Shown here in pieces: positions 40,063 through 53,084 of a DNA stretch of 64,000 nucleotides (positions are counted from its first letter, which is position 1; each line of letters starts with the position of its first letter). The position numbers were made by a program, and so were the translations under genes. The stretch covers positions 54,500,001 to 54,564,000 of the forward strand of contig NC_045707.1 of NCBI RefSeq assembly GCF_009834535.1. The letters are read 5' to 3'. Source of the stretch: Camelus ferus (lineage: Eukaryota). Under the pieces are notes generated by a model. That model was not told where the DNA came from. It did not search any database and saw only the letters and a list, made by a program, of their open reading frames with translations.

Positions 40063-40263
40063 ACAGTGGTTGTCACATTTTTTTCTATAGTATCAGTAAA
40101 TATTTTAGGTGTTACAATCCATAGTGTTTCTGCTGTTACAGCACAAAATTAGCCAAGGAAAACATGTCAATATGTGGGCATGACCATGTTCCAATAACAT
40201 TTTATTTACAAAATCAGATGGTGGGTTGTATTGGACACGTGGGTAGTATTTTGTTGACCCCTG
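40063..40263. mobile_element. MER58-like hAT DNA transposon (MITE)
   Basis: cagtggttgtcaca...tgttccaataacattttatttacaaaa...tgttgacccctg, with imperfect terminal inverted repeats. Confidence 0.65.
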
Positions 40264-42449
40264 CTCTCAACTATCTGTTGCTCCATTGTAGATAGGAGGC
40301 CCTTACCAGATAATGATGAGGACAGCTAATGCAGCTCCTACCTACAGGTGGAGAGCAGTAGATGGTAGCTTGTTGCCGAGCTGCTCTCACAGGAACGGGT
40401 GGTGCTAACGTGGCAGAGGCTGTGCAGTTACTTGATTTTGGTGATCCCAGTGCCTACAGGACTTGTAGAATCCCGATACTTCATCACCCACTACTTTCCT
40501 TCCTTCCTTCCTGGGCATTCCTGCTTCATTTCTTTGTCTACTTCCAGATGTAGCAACAGTAATACACTTTTGGTAATGGTCAATTACATTTTTTAATCTA
40601 TGTTTAATGGATTACTTTTATGAACTAAGTTCTTCAGGCAAGCTTTGGAACTTTGATCTTTTGGAACTTAGCCTTTTTGAAAGATAAAAACGTTACATTT
40701 CAAAAAAGCCAAGTCTTGAAAATTTAAATTAATTTGCCTTCCAAAATGTAGTCTCATATACTAAGTCCTTATAAATCCATTGAGAAACTCAATTTACGTC
40801 TTTACTTTTGGCTAATATGCGGTCTTTATATATGAAAGAAATGCCTCTGACTTAGTAAGTATAGGGCCTCGGAATGAAAAACAAACAGTAACAACCAAAT
40901 GTGTAATAATGCAAAATATTTATAGTTATTATACAATATTATTCTGTCATACTTCATTCAGTTCATTTGACATTTATTTGAGAATGTGGGATTGGTAAAA
41001 TAAAGTAATTCTCCGGACAGAGCTTAGTGAAGAAGAGGTATACATCTTTCCCCCTGAGACTCGAATGTTATTGTGGAAATTTCAACATTAACTGCAACTC
41101 TACTCCATATTTTCCTACAGCCATCTAAGACAAGAGCAGCAGGAGGGAGAGGGTAAGAAACAGAGTGAGAAAAGAGAGGGTAAATTATTTTACTTGTAAC
41201 ATCATTAATGTACTATATGATCACCTTTTTTATTTGCTTATAATAGAAAAGGAACTCTAAATGCATGCAAACACATATTTAACATCCTTTTTTAAAATAT
41301 TTATTAAATTATCTAGGACTATTGCATTATACAACCTGTATATATAGTTAAGTATATCTTAGGCATTTAAAATATTAACATCACATTTAAGTTTTGTTTA
41401 CTTTAGACATTGATTTCTTTTCATACGAAACATGAACTTTGGGTAGTCTGATAGGAATTTTTAAATGTCAGCTTTGCCAAAAGATACACTGTGTAAATTC
41501 GTATGATTATTCATTGGATATATAAAAAACATGTAACAGTGTCTGAATATGTTACTTTTCATTTAAATTTTTTTTCCTTGCAAAGAATAGAAATGTATAG
41601 AAGAAATGCAACAATTCAGAGATAACTAATTTGGGGAAGGCTCATTGAGTAACACTATCTTTTAGATTTTTTCTTTATGAAATGTAAGTTTTGACTGTAA
41701 TAGTATCTGTAAACTTCAGCACATTTCTTACCTTTATATTTGTATAGAAAAAAACAAAAGGAACAACAGACCAGTGTTTACTGAGGAAACTAAGTTAAAA
41801 GTGATATAATCACTAGAAGGTACACAAGTAAGTAAAAGAGTCAGGTCATAATTCCAAGTTTGTCAGATTAAAACAAATGCTCTTATCCATGTACCAGTAA
41901 TTATCCCAGCAGTTTATCATTAGATGATTCAATAAATGTAGACCTGTAGATAATCATGTCTCACAAATCACAATTTCCTATACGTCAGGTTGTTTTCTTC
42001 CAGCAAAAATTATTTGGAAAATTAGCTTATTTCAGTTTTTTAATGGTTATATTTATTCACTTATTCAGCTAATATTTACTGTGCTCTCGGAGGAAATAAT
42101 GCAAATTAAACAGACACAAGCCCTAAGCTCATGAAACTATTCCCAAATTCCAAAATGCCACGGTGATGGCAGTATTTTTCTTGAGTTGTTTGAAAGAATG
42201 TTCAGACAAATAAGAATTTTTACCACTTCCTGCATGTGGTTATGCAGTTCCTTGTCTGGTGTGGCCTTTCTCCATTTTTGCCCAACTCTAAGTTCCCTTT
42301 TATCCAACATTCCTGGTCTCTCATGTTGTAATGATGTTGAGGATATTTAAATTGTGTGATATAGTGTAGTTATGCGGGATGTGCCTTTCTCTCTATCAGA
42401 CATAAGCTCCTTAGAAGCCGATATTGTATGTTTCATTAGTGTTTGTATC

Positions 42450-43038
42450 TGATGGGGTTCAGGGCAGGTTGCCCCAAGATGTGCCCTTCTGCCGTGGTGA
42501 TTATTTTGAGCTGAAAACAACCAAAGCCCAAAAGACTCAAGAACCTTTGAACTGCCCACCTTACTGCCTAAAATAATTTAAGATAGAAGGCCAATCCCAG
42601 AAAGGAGCTACCACAATAAATAACTATAGTAAAGTATTAGGTGTGGTAGACAGGAAGAAACCCAGCAAGGTCCATTTGATCAAAGTTCTCTCTGTATATC
42701 ATTGTCTTTGATGGCCTTTCAAACATTTGTTTACCATAATGTTTTGTTTACCAAACATTAACTCTTTTTTCTCTTCCTGTGAATTACCTTACTTTCCCTT
42801 GAAACCTGCGGTCCCTACTTTCTTCTTCTTAGCCCAGAATGATATATATATAAATATATATGATATATATATATATATACCTCACCTTGCCTTGCTGTCT
42901 TTGGAAATCTTCATACTTATATGGACTCCCCATGCAAGTAATAAATTGTATTTTCTCCTGTTAATCTGCCTTATATCATTTTAATTAACAGCCAAAAGAA
43001 CTAAGAGGGGAAAGAGGGAAAATTTCCCCTCCTCCAAT
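42450..43038 (+). mobile_element. MER34-like ERV1 solo LTR
   Basis: tgatggggttcagggcagg...gattattttgagctgaa...aataaattgtattttctcctgttaatctg...cccctcctccaa. Inserted within an L2 remnant. Confidence 0.7.
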
Positions 43039-43419
43039 ATGTCCCTTAATGCTCCATCACAATATCAAATGAGTTTACGGATGATTATGTGAACAGAAGA
43101 AATTCTACATAAGACAAACTTTCAGGGATGGCATGCAATTGTGTCTGTAATTCTATAAATAATAAAATAAGGGATGTACTTTAGTCAGAGAGGGGGAAAG
43201 GAAGAATTAAGAAAAAAGAGTCACAAAATTTTAATTACGAATGAACGGAGTATACATTATGCATTGGAGTTGATCTGAGATCAAAGCAGATTTTTGCAAG
43301 AAGGGGAAAAAAAAGTTAGCCAGTAGAAAATATGTGTGAAGCTCTTGTTTACTTTACAGTTCTTACACTTCTGGAAATATTCAGCTCTGAAAGGTCACGG
43401 ACAATCAGACGTTTTATAC

Positions 43420-43923
43420 TGTCCACTGAAATAAAATCACACAACATGAGTTGTGAGTTAAGTTTCATTTGGGGCAAAATGAGGACGATAGCCAGGGAGA
43501 CAGCATCTCAGATGGCTCTGAGGAACTGCTCCAAAGAGGCAGAGGGGAACTGAGTATTATATATGATTTTAGTGAAGGGGGTATGTGATGTCAAACACAC
43601 ATTTAGGCAGGGGCCTGCTGCTAGTCAGAAGGAGCAGATGTCAACATTAATGATTTTAGTGCTTTTCTAGATATGAGGAGACAGAAGAATTAGGGCTCAT
43701 AAAATCTTCTGAAAATAGCTCACTATCTGAAGGCCTGTTCTGCCAGTTTTCCCAGAGCACAGAGCGCCCCATTCCTGATCTCCACCCTGAACTCCTTTCA
43801 GGGAGTGTTGGAGGTCAGTGGCTGCAGCGGCTCATGATTTAATCCAAGCAGAGTTAGATGGCAAGTGCTAACATGATCCAATCCTCATAGAGGTAGATGG
43901 CAAATGCCAATTTTTAGTTGGCA
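43420..43923 (-). mobile_element. Solo ERV1-type LTR with 4-bp TSD
   Basis: ATAC|TGTCCACTG...AGTTGGCA|ATAC, TSD at 43416-43419 and 43924-43927. Confidence 0.85.
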
Positions 43924-44032
43924 ATACTCTGGAGAGAGAGTTTGCATCAGAAAAATTAATAAGAAGAGGTCTTGGGGATTTTAAATATTTTCATCATTAA
44001 ATCTTACTGTTCTTCAACTTAAAATTTTACAG

Positions 44033-44201
44033 GTACCTACAGAATATTGGATATACAGATCCAGAATCCATAAGACTTTATCACCTTAAATCAAGGATTT
44101 ATTTGATAGCCTCTTCTGCCTTTTATTTATAACATATTTTTAAAAGAATTAAGAAATTTGCCAAAAGAGAATTGAAAAAATAATCCTACCTGCACTTTCC
44201 A
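44033..44201 (+). other. SLC6A15: 5'UTR portion of exon 2
   Basis: Acceptor ttttacag| at 44031-44032. No upstream ATG before 44202. Confidence 0.7.
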
Positions 44202-44490
44202 ATGCCTAAGAACAGCAAGGTGGTAAAAAGAGAATTAGACGATGAGGTTATTGAGTCTGTCAAAGACCTTCTTTCCAATGAAGACTCAGCTGATGATGCT
44301 TTTAAGAAGAGTGAACTAATTGTTGACGTCCAAGAAGAGAAAGATACAGATGCTGAGGAAGGATCTGAAGTTGAAGATGAAAGGCCAGCTTGGAACAGTA
44401 AGCTACAGTACATCCTGGCCCAGGTTGGATTTTCTGTAGGATTAGGGAACGTGTGGCGATTCCCATACCTCTGTCAGAAGAATGGGGGTG
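44202..44490 (+). CDS. SLC6A15: SLC6A15 exon 2 (first coding exon; N-terminus and TM1)
   Basis: [14 protein letters not shown]...[37 protein letters not shown] carries the SLC6/NSS signature. Donor G|GTAAGT. 289 coding nt. Confidence 0.98.
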
Positions 44491-46603
44491 GTAAGTTTTT
44501 GTTTTCTGTTGTTTTTTTTTTTTTTTTTAAGTGACACATTGCTGAGTAAATTGCAGTTGATTACCTCAAATAGCTCCTGTTGTTACTACAGTGTCATTAT
44601 TTTAGAAGCTATGAATTCCATTGTAAAACTAGGGAGACGCTTTTGTTGGAAGTGAGCTCAGCTCTATTTTCAGTTTAGGTTTCCATAGGAGCAGGTGGCT
44701 TACTATGAACACTCAAGGACTGCTTAAGGTAATAAATTCTCAATTCTGTGGATGTTATTAAACATCCCTAAATTACTGACTTTTCTAACCAATGTTGCAT
44801 CCCTTGTGCCTGTCAGTTACTCTCTTTGGAGGAAATCCTGAAGTTTAAAGACATAAAGATATAAGACAACATCGGTGAACAAGACAGAAAATTTTCTGTC
44901 CACAGTTTATTAACTCTGAATTTTAAGTTGTTTCACGCATCAAAAAAGCAAACATTGTGTATAATTTAGAACGATTATAGTCTTCAAATGCTGACCAGAA
45001 CTTTGTAGATCCAAGTAGAAGGGATTTAACCAGATAATTAATATAATGCTAGACAGTCTTCATCCTTAGATATTAGCATCCTTAAGAGGCTATGAAGAAA
45101 TCAGCATTCTTAATTTTAAACAAAATTATCTGTATCAGCATGATATTTAGCTTTTTCTATTTGGACATGTAATTTAATTACCAAGGGCTCTTCAGCAAAA
45201 ATTGTTTTAAAAATTAAGAAAAAAACATACAAAGGAATAGATGGTACACATAGAATACACACTCTAGAGTACACAGAAATTAAGCTGAATGTGAAGCTAA
45301 CATTTGGGTTGTTACCTTAAAAATTTTTAATATTAAACTTTTATCTTTACCATTACTATCTCTATTTTATATATATATATACATGGAAGCTGTTAAAATA
45401 AGTGTGGTTAAAAACCAAATATTCTGTAAGCAATATTTCAGCACACAAAGGATAGAAAGAATATTTTGACCTTTTATTACAGTTTATGATAGTTTTGCTG
45501 ACTGAACAAAAACATGGTTTTATTTTTGATGTAGTTTTAACATGTAAATCAAATGAAATAATATAACCATTCATATGTGAAATGGTTTCCTCTTGGTCAC
45601 TAAGAGATAAAAAGCTAAGGTGTTATAGTAACAAAATATGTTTAAGATCTTGCTTAATTAATTCACCCAGGGTCAAAACAACAGGTGTGTGGAAAAGTAG
45701 CCTGTTTGACAAACCTACCTAAAAGGTGAGAATCAACACATGACATTGGTGGCGTACTACACAGCGCTCCCCTGGAACTGTGAGCTCCTTACCTACTCTT
45801 TAACATCGCAGATGAATTATTTATCAGATCAGCTACAAGTAGCTATGTACTACCCTACTTTTTGCTTCTCAGAAGTCATCCCATTTGCAAGACCGGCAAA
45901 AGATGAATTCTGATTTTCAGACCTTTCCCTTTATAAGCCTTACCAGCCATACTCTTAAGAAAGAAGGCTGTCTTGGCTGAAAAGTCAGGTTGCTTTCCAT
46001 TTCATATATTTGTCCTGGTGAAGAGCTCTAAAGGAGTTCATATTTAGTAATTAGTTGTTAGGAAAAATGATTACTCCTTATTTTCATATGTAAAGAGAGT
46101 CAAAATGCCCTTCCTAGTATTGTTTCCTTTCTTCTAATTTCAAATACTCGAGAACGATATTATACAACACCAGTGGACTGTATGGTTGCAAGATGGCTCT
46201 TGGAGTACAAGGGGTGGTTCTCAGCATGCAGTATAGCATTGAGCCTTCCAGGTATTTGACTGGCATCTTCTAGTTGTTTGAATAAATAAAAATTTTAAGG
46301 AATCAATTATTTTTACAAAAAATGAAGTTACTTTACCCTTTCAGTAAAATGAAACCAAAACTATTCATTGATATCCTTACTTTTTTCATAATTATTTTTC
46401 ATCAGAAACTCTTTGTAGCAGTCAAAATCAGATTTCAAATACTAGAAAACTTAAAGTAATGAAATTACATTTTCTTTAAAGTCCTTTATAATTATATGAT
46501 GTGGCAATTCAAATATCACCTTTCATAAGGTAATCAGCATTAGTGTATTCTCTACTGTGACTGTTGAAAATATAATCTATTTTATTTGTTCTTGTCTCTG
46601 TAG

Positions 46604-46761
46604 GTGCCTATCTTTTGCCGTATTTAATACTGCTTCTGGTAATAGGTATCCCCCTTTTTTTCCTGGAACTTTCTGTGGGTCAAAGAATTCGGCGAGGAAG
46701 CATTGGTGTGTGGAATTACATAAGCCCCAAACTGGGAGGGATTGGATTTGCAAGTTGTGTA
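46604..46761 (+). CDS. SLC6A15: SLC6A15 exon 3
   Basis: tag|GT GCC TAT..., encoding [52 protein letters not shown], then |gtaagt. 158 nt, phase consistent. Confidence 0.97.
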
Positions 46762-47107
46762 GTAAGTTTCCTGGTATGGTATATGCCATATAATTTTCAC
46801 ATGGTTTGTAATTATATAGTTTGCATTTAAATGAAATCTTTGTGTATTTCTATTCAACTCTTTAATAATGTTTCAAAAAAACACTTGGAGCTTGCACTAA
46901 TACACAAAACAAGCTGTAAGTATTAATGTAGTTCAATATCTTAAGACCTATGAGAGTCATCATTTCAGAGAGATAATGTGTTTTAAAGAAAAATAGAATG
47001 AAGAGTATTTTTTAAAGTATTAAACGGGGTTTTATGCGTTTCATCTCAATTGTTTCAGAGGAAGGGGCATGAGAGGTTTCATGTAATCACATTATTTTAT
47101 TTTGCAG

Positions 47108-47234
47108 GTGTGCTTTTTTGTGGCTCTCTACTACAATGTCATCATTGGCTGGAGTTTGTTTTATTTTTCTCAGTCTTTTCAGCAACCTCTACCTTGGGAT
47201 CAGTGTCCTTTGGTGAAAAATGCTTCACACACAT
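47108..47234 (+). CDS. SLC6A15: SLC6A15 exon 4
   Basis: ttttgcag| [42 protein letters not shown] |gtaaga. 127 nt. Confidence 0.97.
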
Positions 47235-47639
47235 GTAAGACGTGTACCCGGTAGTGTTTTTTGTATTTAAAGATCATAAAGTTGGTAAAGGCAGGAGCTT
47301 TCAAGATGTTTTCTTTTTAAAAATAATATGGAAAAGTCTTCCAAAATTATTATCACAACAAACTTTCCTTGACATACTCAAAAAGATAGAAGGTTGGTTT
47401 GATTTAACTAGCTCTTTCCAAGATATTGTGCCCCATGGACATTAGGGTTAAAATTTATAAGCCTTCATTGTTAACTTCGACAATATTTTATTTCTTACAC
47501 CTTTCTTGATGCCTTACATTTTCATTAAAATAAAAGAGAACAAAAGGAAGAATGTGGATTGAAGGAATTGTTTTTATGTCTTCGGTTCTATTGTTCTTTA
47601 GTTTCTTATCATTTATTTTTATATGTTAGAATATAAAGA

Positions 47640-47940
47640 ACAATTCCCTAGCAATGTCCAGTAAATATAAAACACAACTCACATATGTAATCTAAAACAT
47701 TCTAGTAGCCATATTTACAGGAGGTAAAAAGAAACAGGTGAAATATTTTACTTAATCCAATATATCAAAAATATTAACATTTCAACATATAGTTAATATA
47801 AAATGAGTAATGTAATAGTTCACACTTTTCTCATATGGTCTCTAAAAGCCCCTCTGTATTTTATATTTATAGCACTTGTCACTTTAGACCAGCTCCATTT
47901 CAAAAATCACATATGGCCAGAAGCTAGCATTTTTGACATC
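47640..47940. mobile_element. MER3/MER33-like hAT DNA transposon
   Basis: tgtccagtaaatataa...ttaatccaatatatcaaaaatatt...cacatatggccagaagctagcatttttgaca. Confidence 0.65.
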
Positions 47941-48262
47941 TCTGCCCCCAGGAAGTCAATCAGATAATTTTGGGGGCAGAAGGGGCCATAAACCTGATAC
48001 ATTTTAATTACTTTGATAAAAAGCTCACCTATTCCTATTTTAGAAATGTGTAATAAGACACATGAAAGAGGATACATGCCTGTTGAATTTTTTTCGCGTT
48101 TTTGCAGAGTTAAGGTTTCACTGTGTGTTTAAATTCTTCTATAGAATAGTAGTACTTTTCTAGAAAGTGTTGAGAATTGATTTGCAGGCTTACTGGGGAA
48201 AAAAAAAATGGTGCCATTGGTCTTTATAGCCTGAAGTGACTGTGTTACTTGTCTTTCTACAG

Positions 48263-48444
48263 TTGTAGAGCCGGAATGTGAAAAAAGTTCCGCCACCACC
48301 TATTACTGGTACAGAGAAGCACTGAATATTTCCAGTTCCATCTCTGAAAACGGGGGCTTAAACTGGAAGATGACCATCTGCCTGCTGGTTGCCTGGGTTG
48401 TGGTGTGCTTGGCTATGATCAAAGGCATTCAGTCTTCTGGAAAA
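48263..48444 (+). CDS. SLC6A15: SLC6A15 exon 5
   Basis: ctacag| (F)[60 protein letters not shown] |gttagt. 182 nt. Confidence 0.97.
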
Positions 48445-49360
48445 GTTAGTATGTCAGAGCCCCTTCTGATTCCGCTGATCATCACTCGTGGGCACTGCGC
48501 CCCCTGCAGCTCGGCTATAGTCTGTGGGCAAGCTGCAAGCAGTGCCTCGTTCTAGGCAGTTAAACTAAAGATTGTTAAAAAGTGAAGCTTTAAAAAAATG
48601 TGTTTAAATCAAGGAAAGGACAAAAAGATATAAGTGTTTTATAGTGAAATCTAAAGTCATTTATAATCTTTACTTCTCTTTCATCAAGATCTTCTTTGAA
48701 AATTTTTGTTAATACCTAAAAGTCCTTTATTTTTGCTATTTATTCAGCTGACCCTAATGTTTTAGTTCTTTGACTAGTTCCAATCATGGAAATTGGAAAA
48801 AGTGGTAGAATAAAGAATGTTTATTTGTGCTACATCAGTTATTTTTCTCTGCTGTAGGTGCTCTAAGGAGTAGTTGCATAGAAGATTTAAAAATAGTCTA
48901 GTGTGGAGTGTTTCTAAAAGATCTGAACTTTAGGTAGTTAGGATAATGTCAACAAGAACTCAAGAGTAATGTAAAAGACTGAAGGGCATGCCTGCCAGGG
49001 CAAATGGAAAATTTTATAAGGCTGTGGTCGAAAAAAACATTAAGTGATTTCTAGATACCCTAGGAAGACAATCAGATAATTTTTTAAAAGGATGCATTAG
49101 TAAAGTAATTATTATTCACTGTTTTGCTTTCACATTGCATTTTTTTTTGCCATTATTATCATCACTGTTTTAAAGCTCTCTATATCTCTTGTCTGGACCA
49201 TAGCAAGAATTAATTTTTGTTCTTCTCTCTGTCCTTTAATAACCCATCTCTACTGTTTTTTTTTCCCCCAAAGCACAAATCTGATCATATATCTTTCTTA
49301 GGCTAGTATATTACCACTTACCATCATATACTACTAGTAAGAGTGGAATAATGGTAGTAG

Positions 49361-49920
49361 TGTTACCCCAAAAGGTAAAGACCCCGGTTCTTGTCATACC
49401 CATAAGACAAGTTTACCGTCGGAATATGGTATGTTGTGTAGTGAAAGATTTTTTAAAAATTATTTTAAAAAGGCAAAGTACATGTCCAAGAACAGGAGGT
49501 GGGCTGATCGAAGGGAGGAAAAGCGGCAGTTTTTGTCTCCCCTTTCTCTTAAACCCTCCCTTAGAAGTGGTCCCTTGAGTGGTTGACGGCTCTTGTCCCT
49601 GGTCCCTGGAATGCCTAGTCACGTTTGGCCTCTTTGTGTATGTCCTTACCCATTGTATACATAGGAAAACCGTTGGAGGGGTGAAGGGGAGGGCCAAACT
49701 GCAATGTTAATTATAATACAATGAGCATTGGGTTGTGTCCGTTCAAGTCCTTTCTGCTGTAGCGCAGTCGTGGCTGTCGGGTTCTAACCGGTTTCTTGCT
49801 GGTGCTCATTTAGAAGTGAAGTCCGTTTATGCTGGAGGCAGGCACAACGCCATCTTCCGCACCATCCTCCCTCTCCTCCACCTGTCTGCCCGGGGCCTCC
49901 ACTTACCTAACTACCTAACA
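49361..49920 (-). mobile_element. Solo ERV1-type LTR with 4-bp TSD, relatively young
   Basis: GTAG|TGTTACCC...CTACCTAACA|GTAG. TGTTA/TAACA inverted termini and many retained CpGs. Orientation inferred. Confidence 0.85.
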
Positions 49921-49999
49921 GTAGCAGCAGCAGTATTAGTGGTGGTAATAAATGATGACAATGACAAAGATGATTCTCACAATGATCAGAGCAAAAACA

Positions 50000-50240
50000 G
50001 TAATGGAAGCCAATATTTATTACATGCTTATTTTGCTCTAGGTGCAGTGATAAGTGCTTAATATACTTTATCCTATTTAATTCTAAACAAAACTCTAAGA
50101 AGTAATTGCTACTCTCAGAACTGTTTTACAGATAAAAAACAAGTTTGAGAGAACAGGTGACTTGCCTGAAGAATCATGGCTAGTAAGTGCTAGTACCCAC
50201 AGTCAAACCAGCTCTGTCTAAATCTATGGTCCATGTTATT
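50000..50240 (-). mobile_element. MIR SINE
   Basis: atatttattacatgcttattttgctctaggtgcagtgataag...ttttacagataaaaaa...gtgacttgcctgaag. Confidence 0.7.
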
Positions 50241-51208
50241 TCCTGCAACATTATAACATCTCTCATTGCAATACATTTTTTTCCCACCACATAGTGAACT
50301 CTGTTAGGACAGAAGTCTGTTTAATTCATCTTTGCTTCCTTTACTTTATGTTGAATTAGAAAGGTTTGAGGATATTTTTAATTTGTAAATCACAGCTGAT
50401 TTTACATGTACCTTCCTGATGGACCTTCTACACCATTTTTCCTTTGCAGAAATGAATATGGTAGATAACACACCTGAACATCTTTCAGTCTGTTGTGAAT
50501 ATTAGTGTAGTCTATGATTAAATAAGTTCAGTTAATTGGCTCAATTGGATGTGTCTTCTACAATGTCAGGGCCCCGCTACAGTCAGGTAATAAATAAAGG
50601 AATAGATTCTTAAGCTAAATCTAACCACATTTATATGCTTCCTAAGATATGTCATTTGGTAGAAAGAAAACCAACTGCGGTCAGCTAGAGAAGTCCAAAA
50701 ATTCCTGTGTTCAAGTCTTACTGCCACATTTTATTTCTTCTTGGTCTGAGTATTATCATTAAAAAAAAAATCCATCCTTTTCTCACCACAGCATTTGGGA
50801 TGTTTTTCTTATGTCATGTAATATAACTTTACCTAGAAAAAAATTAATACAACTTATATACTATATGTACCTTATTTATTTCTACGAGAAGGCTTCAGGG
50901 AGAGGGTAGCTTTGATAGAATTTAATAGGTACAGATGAGGACAAAGCTGTAAGTAATATGAACAAAATTATAACAGTCTAAATTGTCACAACTCCTCATT
51001 CTGAAACAATGAGCTAAATATAATAAAAATTTATTGGAAATAAATGTAAAGCTCTGCCAAACAAAAAAGTCTTTAAATAAACATTCACACAAGTGCAGTA
51101 CAGAGAAGTATGGTTTAGGGGTAATAAGGTTTAAGGGTAGTTTGTGGGGAAAAAAAAATTAAGAGGATCTAGCAGCTAAGAGAAAAGTCAGCTTGCAATT
51201 TGCTTGGC

Positions 51209-51210
<2 letters not shown>

Positions 51211-51264
<54 letters not shown>
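51211..51264. repeat. (AC)27 perfect microsatellite
   Basis: Read directly. Confidence 0.97.
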
Positions 51265-51268
<4 letters not shown>

Positions 51269-53084
51269 TGTTAATTTGAAACTGCATGAACTAGAAGTGG
51301 GTGTGACAGTATCATTCTCCTTTGGTCCAGGTAGGAAAACGTCAGCTGAACCACACCTATGACACTGGGTTTTACTGAAATCTTTATTCTCTCCTTTGTT
51401 ATGGAGAAGAGATACCTCAGCCTTCTGAATCACAGTCTTCAAATAGCTGAATGAGAAGAGAAACAAGCCTTATTCTGTGTGTTCACAGAGAACAGAATGA
51501 TGATCAAATATTGAGGATTATGGAGGGTGGGAGGTGGGGTAAGTCTTCAAAGAAAGGAAGACTTTACAGGAATCAAGCCTGGTAACAATGAAATTAGTGG
51601 TAGAGAGCTCAGCACTATTGGAGATGGTCCAACAGAGGTTGTGTGTCCATTTATTAGAGCCTCTGAGAATGGGATGCCTGCCTCAAGGTGGAGGCTAGAA
51701 ATGAGAAGCACTACGCTTTCCTCTAACTCTGAGGTAATATTTTCTACCAGTCCTACTTTGCCATTATTCCTGCTACTGTGCTACATTAGCTTGTTTAATC
51801 TTCCTATCAGCTAGATGATTTGCATGTTCTTAGACTCACTTTACTGCAAAGTTCAGCTTAGGAAGAATAAATAATTCGCCGGAATTAAGCAACTGATAGG
51901 TGGCAGAGCTACAACGAGGCTATGAAGTTGTAGTACCCCAGTGTGGTGTGACTTTTACATACAATTTGTACAGCTTGTGAGGGATGAAGCTTTAAGTGTC
52001 GGTTGATTGCAGATGTTAAAGAATCTACAGACACTGGTAAAATGGCAGTTAACTGATAGTGTGAAATATTTGAGGATTTTTAGCAGTTCACTGACACATC
52101 AGATCTTTAGAAAGATCATTCTGGTAGAAGTGGGGGTGATGAGTCTCAGAGATGAAGAGGAGAGCTGGCAGGGAAGATCTAGAGGCAAAATGAGGAGGCA
52201 AAAGGTGACGCGTCACTGAGGATGGAAGCAAAGGGACAGATGTGAGGTTTGGAATCAGGTGGACTTGTTGATCAGTTGGTTATAGAACGTGGAGGAAAGA
52301 GACATATTAGGGTGTGCTTGAGTTGTTTAGCCTCTACAAGTACAGGAAGAGTCATTTCTTCCCTTCTCTTCTAATTTGAAATTGCATTAAAAATATACGA
52401 AGGTACATCATATTTATTGGAAAAAAATCAGAAACCATCCAGATTATTTTAGCATGCAACCTTCATTTTCATTTTTAAAACAAGTTCATTAGTGAAAATC
52501 ACTTAAGTCACTTTATAAAGGCAGCATATTTGAATTCTGTTTAAAAAAAAAGACAAAAAAAGAGGGTAAGCTATTCTGTGCAAAAGTGAATCCATGCTTC
52601 TGGCTAGCCTCAACAACTGAAGAATGATAAAAGGAATAGCTGTAATTCAAGTGAGAGCAAGGCTACGTGAGTAGATCCCTAGTGACAGAATGCTAAAAGT
52701 TGGCAGGAAGGAAAAAAGTGCTCCATCTGAAAGCATTCTGCTAAAAAGAAGTCAAGAAAGGTGGATGAATGGATGTAATTAAAGAAACTGTTTTGAAATG
52801 ATTAAAAATTATACTTCTTTACAGCTAATTCCATTAAAATGTAATTTTTTTAGTGAAATATTGGTTCTTAATTATGCTGAGATTTTTATTTGTAATATTT
52901 TTTTCTTAGAACGTTTGAATAAAATTATAAAGCCTAAAGAACAACAGAAGCGCAAATGACTGTGTTGATATACCTGCTGTTAGTCGACCGCTGTTACAGG
53001 ATTCACTATCTCTTACCTGCCCGAGCCACCTTCTGCTCTGGAGGTTTTTTCTCCAGTCTTCCCAGCCTCCCTCCGCTCCTCCCC

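Noticed and set aside
25512..43923. Two related LTRs as the ends of one provirus
   Set aside because: They are ~18 kb apart, diverged, enclose the gene's promoter with no gag/pol/env, and the second has its own TSD.
44025..44045. Recursive splice site at the exon 2 acceptor (acag|gtacct)
   Set aside because: The regenerated donor GTACCT is poor, and the ~15-kb intron is short for recursive splicing.
51608..51630. REST/RE1-like word CTCAGCACTATTGGAGATGGTCC
   Set aside because: Spacing and right half deviate from TTCAGCACCnnGGACAGCGCC, so it is too weak to call.
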